From Candidatus Cloacimonadota bacterium (GTDB taxonomy: Bacteria > Cloacimonadota > Cloacimonadia > G963667145): 64,000 nt of DNA. Positions 61,168 to 64,000 of the stretch are shown piece after piece; within the stretch, counting starts at the first letter, position 1, and every line of letters starts with the position of its first letter. The stretch is taken from positions 704,001 to 768,000 of the forward strand of contig OY762940.1 of the NCBI GenBank assembly GCA_963667255.1, read 5' to 3'. The notes below the pieces were generated by a model, which searched no databases, had not been told where the DNA came from, and saw nothing but the letters and a program-made list of their open reading frames with translations. The translations under genes were made by a program, and so were the position numbers.

Positions 61168-62040
61168 ATTAAATCGATTTATTTTGTTTTGGTTCTAATT
61201 TTATTTGGTTGCAATTTATTTGCTGATGAATCCATAATTTCCGAAGAAACAACTCCGCCACGATTGGTGGTAGATGAGCAAAAAAAAAAGATAGTGCAAG
61301 GGAAGAAAAAAGTCAAAAGAGAAAATGGCTGGGATTTTTCTCTCGGAGTTTTGTATTTTCAAAGTTCCAAAGATTCTGATGAAAGCAGATTTTTCGGTTT
61401 GTCCTATATGATTCTGCCTTTCTTTGGTTTATCTTACAAATATAATGCTTTCGATGCTCGCTTTACCGGAATGGGAATTGAAGGAACATACAGTTTTTTT
61501 GATAAACCACTGGGAATTTCTTCGGGAATTTCTTATGGGCAAAAAGTGGAAGAGAAAAAATATTCGGACGGATATAGAGCTAAGCTTAACAATCTTGCAA
61601 ATTATAGTGTAGGAGCTTTTGCTTATTTCCTCTCTGCCAACTATACTTACTATCCTGTTAAGATTACTCCTCCCTCAAAAAATAGCAGCTCACTTGATGC
61701 TCATTTTTTTAATATGAATTTGGATTTGCCCGGGTTTCCCATTTTGCTCAAGCCATTTCTTTGGTTTATGAAGAGCAGTTTGCGACTTAATCTGATGGAC
61801 GATAATTATGCGAAAGCCTATTACAACTACTATTCCGCAGACGGACAAACTAAATATAGTGCCGGTGGTGGTTTGAATAGCTTTTCATATTCGCTTACTT
61901 CCAATATCATCTTTAGCGAAAAGTGGATGTTTATGTTTAGTTTTAGCAGGGAGTTTTTCTTAGAAGATGCCAAAAATTCCCCGCTTACGGAAGATTCTGC
62001 GGAAAATGCATTTTTTACAATGTTGATGTATTATTTCTAA
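61168..62040 (+). CDS. Outer-membrane beta-barrel protein, MipA/OmpV-like (probable ATT start)
   Basis: Signal-peptide-like N-terminus, DDNYAKAYY...YSAGGG...AKNSPL and a terminal aromatic YYF. The start position is inferred. Confidence 0.65.
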   Translation: MKSIYFVLVLILFGCNLFADESIISEETTPPRLVVDEQKKKIVQGKKKVKRENGWDFSLGVLYFQSSKDSDESRFFGLSYMILPFFGLSYKYNAFDARFTGMGIEGTYSFFDKPLGISSGISYGQKVEEKKYSDGYRAKLNNLANYSVGAFAYFLSANYTYYPVKITPPSKNSSSLDAHFFNMNLDLPGFPILLKPFLWFMKSSLRLNLMDDNYAKAYYNYYSADGQTKYSAGGGLNSFSYSLTSNIIFSEKWMFMFSFSREFFLEDAKNSPLTEDSAENAFFTMLMYYF

Positions 62041-62055
62041 TTTGTAATATACTTC

Positions 62056-63166
62056 GGGAGTGTGCAAATAACTGGGTCTGAAATAAGACCTAATTATGTT
62101 TGACAGAATAAGTTATGAACATTTATTAAAATGCCATGAGTATAATCAAAAAAAACACTGTCCAAATTGTGATAGCTTAAACACAAAAAAGAAGGGATAT
62201 ATTTTCTCTGAAAGAACAACTAATCGTGGGAAAATTAAAGTCAAAACGCAACGATTTTATTGTAAAGATTGCCAAATAAGTTTTACCAATTTTGGATATA
62301 ATAAGAGAACTCATTTTGCACCAAAATTCAAAGATAAGGTTGTTACTGACTATATTTCAACCAAAAGTTCTCTTTCTGAAGTTGCTAAAAGACATGGGAT
62401 TTGTAAAAATAGTATTCTTAATTGGATACCTCAGCGAGCTAATTTATATCAGGATAATGTGTTACACAGCAATATAGATGAGACAACAATTTATATTGAT
62501 GGCAAGGAAATTAAGATAAACGGTAAGCGAAAAGTTGTCTTAGTCGCCAGTAGCAAACTACTTGATAAACCAATATATTACAAGATTTATGATAGAGAAC
62601 ATAGTAGTTCATCTGAAGACTTTTTGAATAGACTAAAAAAAATGTATGACAACAAAATAATTGGGATTGTGTCAGATTTTGGGCGAGGGAAGTGCTTTGT
62701 TAAGCCAGTTAACCAACTTTTTGAAGATGTTCCACATCAAATTTGCTTGGTTCATTATTTAAGAAGCGTTAATATCAATGTTCCTAAAACAAAAAAGAGT
62801 AAGTTTTTTAGACGAAATATTTTCTTTAAGAACTTGATTAAGAGCATTTTAAATGCTGAAACTTTACAAGAAGCTGAAAATAATTTAAGTTCGCTTAATC
62901 ACTATGAAAAATTTTTTCGCCTAAAAATTCATAAGCGTTTTATTAAATCAATTAATCGAAACTTTGGTTTATTAACTGCTCATTTTCATTACGATTTTTT
63001 GGATAAAACAACAAATAAAATTGAAAATATTAATCGACAATTGAATAGGAAATTAAAAAATTTAGACGGATTTAAATCTGAAAAAAATATGAATCATTTT
63101 TTAAAAATTTGGTTCAATAATTATTCAAAAGGAGTGGAAATTAGACCCAATTAAATGCACGCTCCC
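62056..63166 (+). mobile_element. IS256-family insertion sequence, 1111 bp, copy 2
   Basis: Same TIRs as copy 1; 8-bp TSD TATACTTC at 62048-62055 and 63167-63174. Confidence 0.93.
62096..63154 (+). CDS. Transposase (copy 2)
   Basis: 352 aa; differs from copy 1 at two residues seen (KKRC/KKHC, NSTLN/NSILN). Confidence 0.9.
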   Translation: MFDRISYEHLLKCHEYNQKKHCPNCDSLNTKKKGYIFSERTTNRGKIKVKTQRFYCKDCQISFTNFGYNKRTHFAPKFKDKVVTDYISTKSSLSEVAKRHGICKNSILNWIPQRANLYQDNVLHSNIDETTIYIDGKEIKINGKRKVVLVASSKLLDKPIYYKIYDREHSSSSEDFLNRLKKMYDNKIIGIVSDFGRGKCFVKPVNQLFEDVPHQICLVHYLRSVNINVPKTKKSKFFRRNIFFKNLIKSILNAETLQEAENNLSSLNHYEKFFRLKIHKRFIKSINRNFGLLTAHFHYDFLDKTTNKIENINRQLNRKLKNLDGFKSEKNMNHFLKIWFNNYSKGVEIRPN

Positions 63167-63258
63167 TATACTTCCATTCTTTGCACAAACAATGCTTGAC
63201 AATTTGGCAACTTTCCTTTTTCTTAGATGAATGATTATTTTAGGAAGGAATGATTTTA

Positions 63259-64000
63259 ATGCTTAATGAAAGACAAAAAGAGGTAGTTAATACTTTAGAC
63301 CAAAATCTTTTGGTGATAGCGGGAGCGGGTAGTGGCAAGACTAGGTGTATTACCGCCAGAGCAGCCGAGATAGCTAAGTCGGGGATAGACCCCAAGAATG
63401 TTCTGATAGTTACTTTTACGAATAAGGCTGCGTCCGAACTGAAGGAAAGGTTGAAGAAAGACAATGGAGAGTTGTCATGGTCTTGGGTAGGGACTTTTCA
63501 CTCCGTTTGTGCCAGAATTTTGCGGGTGGACGGAGCTAAAATAGGCATTGAAAGCAACTTTACCATAACTGATTGCAGAGACCAAAAAGGGATAGTGAAA
63601 GGGATTTTGAAAGATTTGAATATCGACCCTCGCCGTTTCTCCTATCTGAAAATGCTGTCTTCCATCTCTGTCCATAAAAACAAATTAATTGGTCCGGATA
63701 ATTATGCCAAACACAACGAAGATTCCCCATACACTCGGGCTACGGGCTCTCTATACAAGCGATACCAAGCTTTTCTCGAAGACAACAACGCTCTTGATTT
63801 TGACGATTTGCTGATGAAAACTGTGTTGCTGTTGAAAGATAATAAAACCATTTTGGAGAGATACCGTCGTAAGTTTCGTTTTGTGATGGTGGATGAATTT
63901 CAAGATACCAATTTTGCTCAATATGAGTTGCTGAAGATGCTTTGTGGCAGTGAGCAAAACATTTGTGTGGTTGGTGATGACGACCAATCGATTTATTCGT
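63259..64000 (+). CDS. pcrA: UvrD/PcrA family DNA helicase, 5' part (runs off the window)
   Basis: Manually translated: MLNERQKEVV...IAGAGSGKT...TFTNKAASELKER...GTFHS...DFDDLL...VDEFQDTN...VGDDDQSIYS. An alternative ATG is at 63250. Confidence 0.95.
   Translation, partial: MLNERQKEVVNTLDQNLLVIAGAGSGKTRCITARAAEIAKSGIDPKNVLIVTFTNKAASELKERLKKDNGELSWSWVGTFHSVCARILRVDGAKIGIESNFTITDCRDQKGIVKGILKDLNIDPRRFSYLKMLSSISVHKNKLIGPDNYAKHNEDSPYTRATGSLYKRYQAFLEDNNALDFDDLLMKTVLLLKDNKTILERYRRKFRFVMVDEFQDTNFAQYELLKMLCGSEQNICVVGDDDQSIYS

Noticed and set aside
49739..63166. Composite transposon carrying the RND pump
   Set aside because: Each IS has its own matching TSD pair and the outer flanks differ, so the two inserted independently.

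Overview
This is a 64 kb chromosomal window from a low-GC, LPS-producing (diderm), probably anaerobic bacterium; the taxon cannot be assigned from the sequence alone. It opens with part of an F-type ATP synthase operon (atpB 3' end, two different c-subunit genes, atpF, atpH, atpA) that stops before gamma/beta/epsilon. Next come tRNA-Gly(CCC), a HisA-HisI-HisE triple fusion, a SWIM/SNF2 helicase and housekeeping genes. A ~17 kb mosaic LPS locus follows (four GT9, tandem GT2 paralogs, WaaL-like ligase, rml genes, a glf cassette, fdtAB-like genes). The rest holds envelope and sugar-nucleotide genes, an ArsR-linked thiol/metal(loid) stress cluster, a TetR-RND efflux operon, two near-identical 1111-bp IS256-family elements with 8-bp target duplications (one disrupts a DUF1848 gene) and the 5' part of pcrA/uvrD. 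The most striking observation is a 249-aa ATP synthase c subunit made of three fused hairpins, all with Gln in place of the essential ion-binding Glu. It lies directly upstream of a normal Na+-type, two-carboxylate c subunit and is a candidate 'ion-blind' rotor component. All product calls come from motif recognition by eye, not from database searches.
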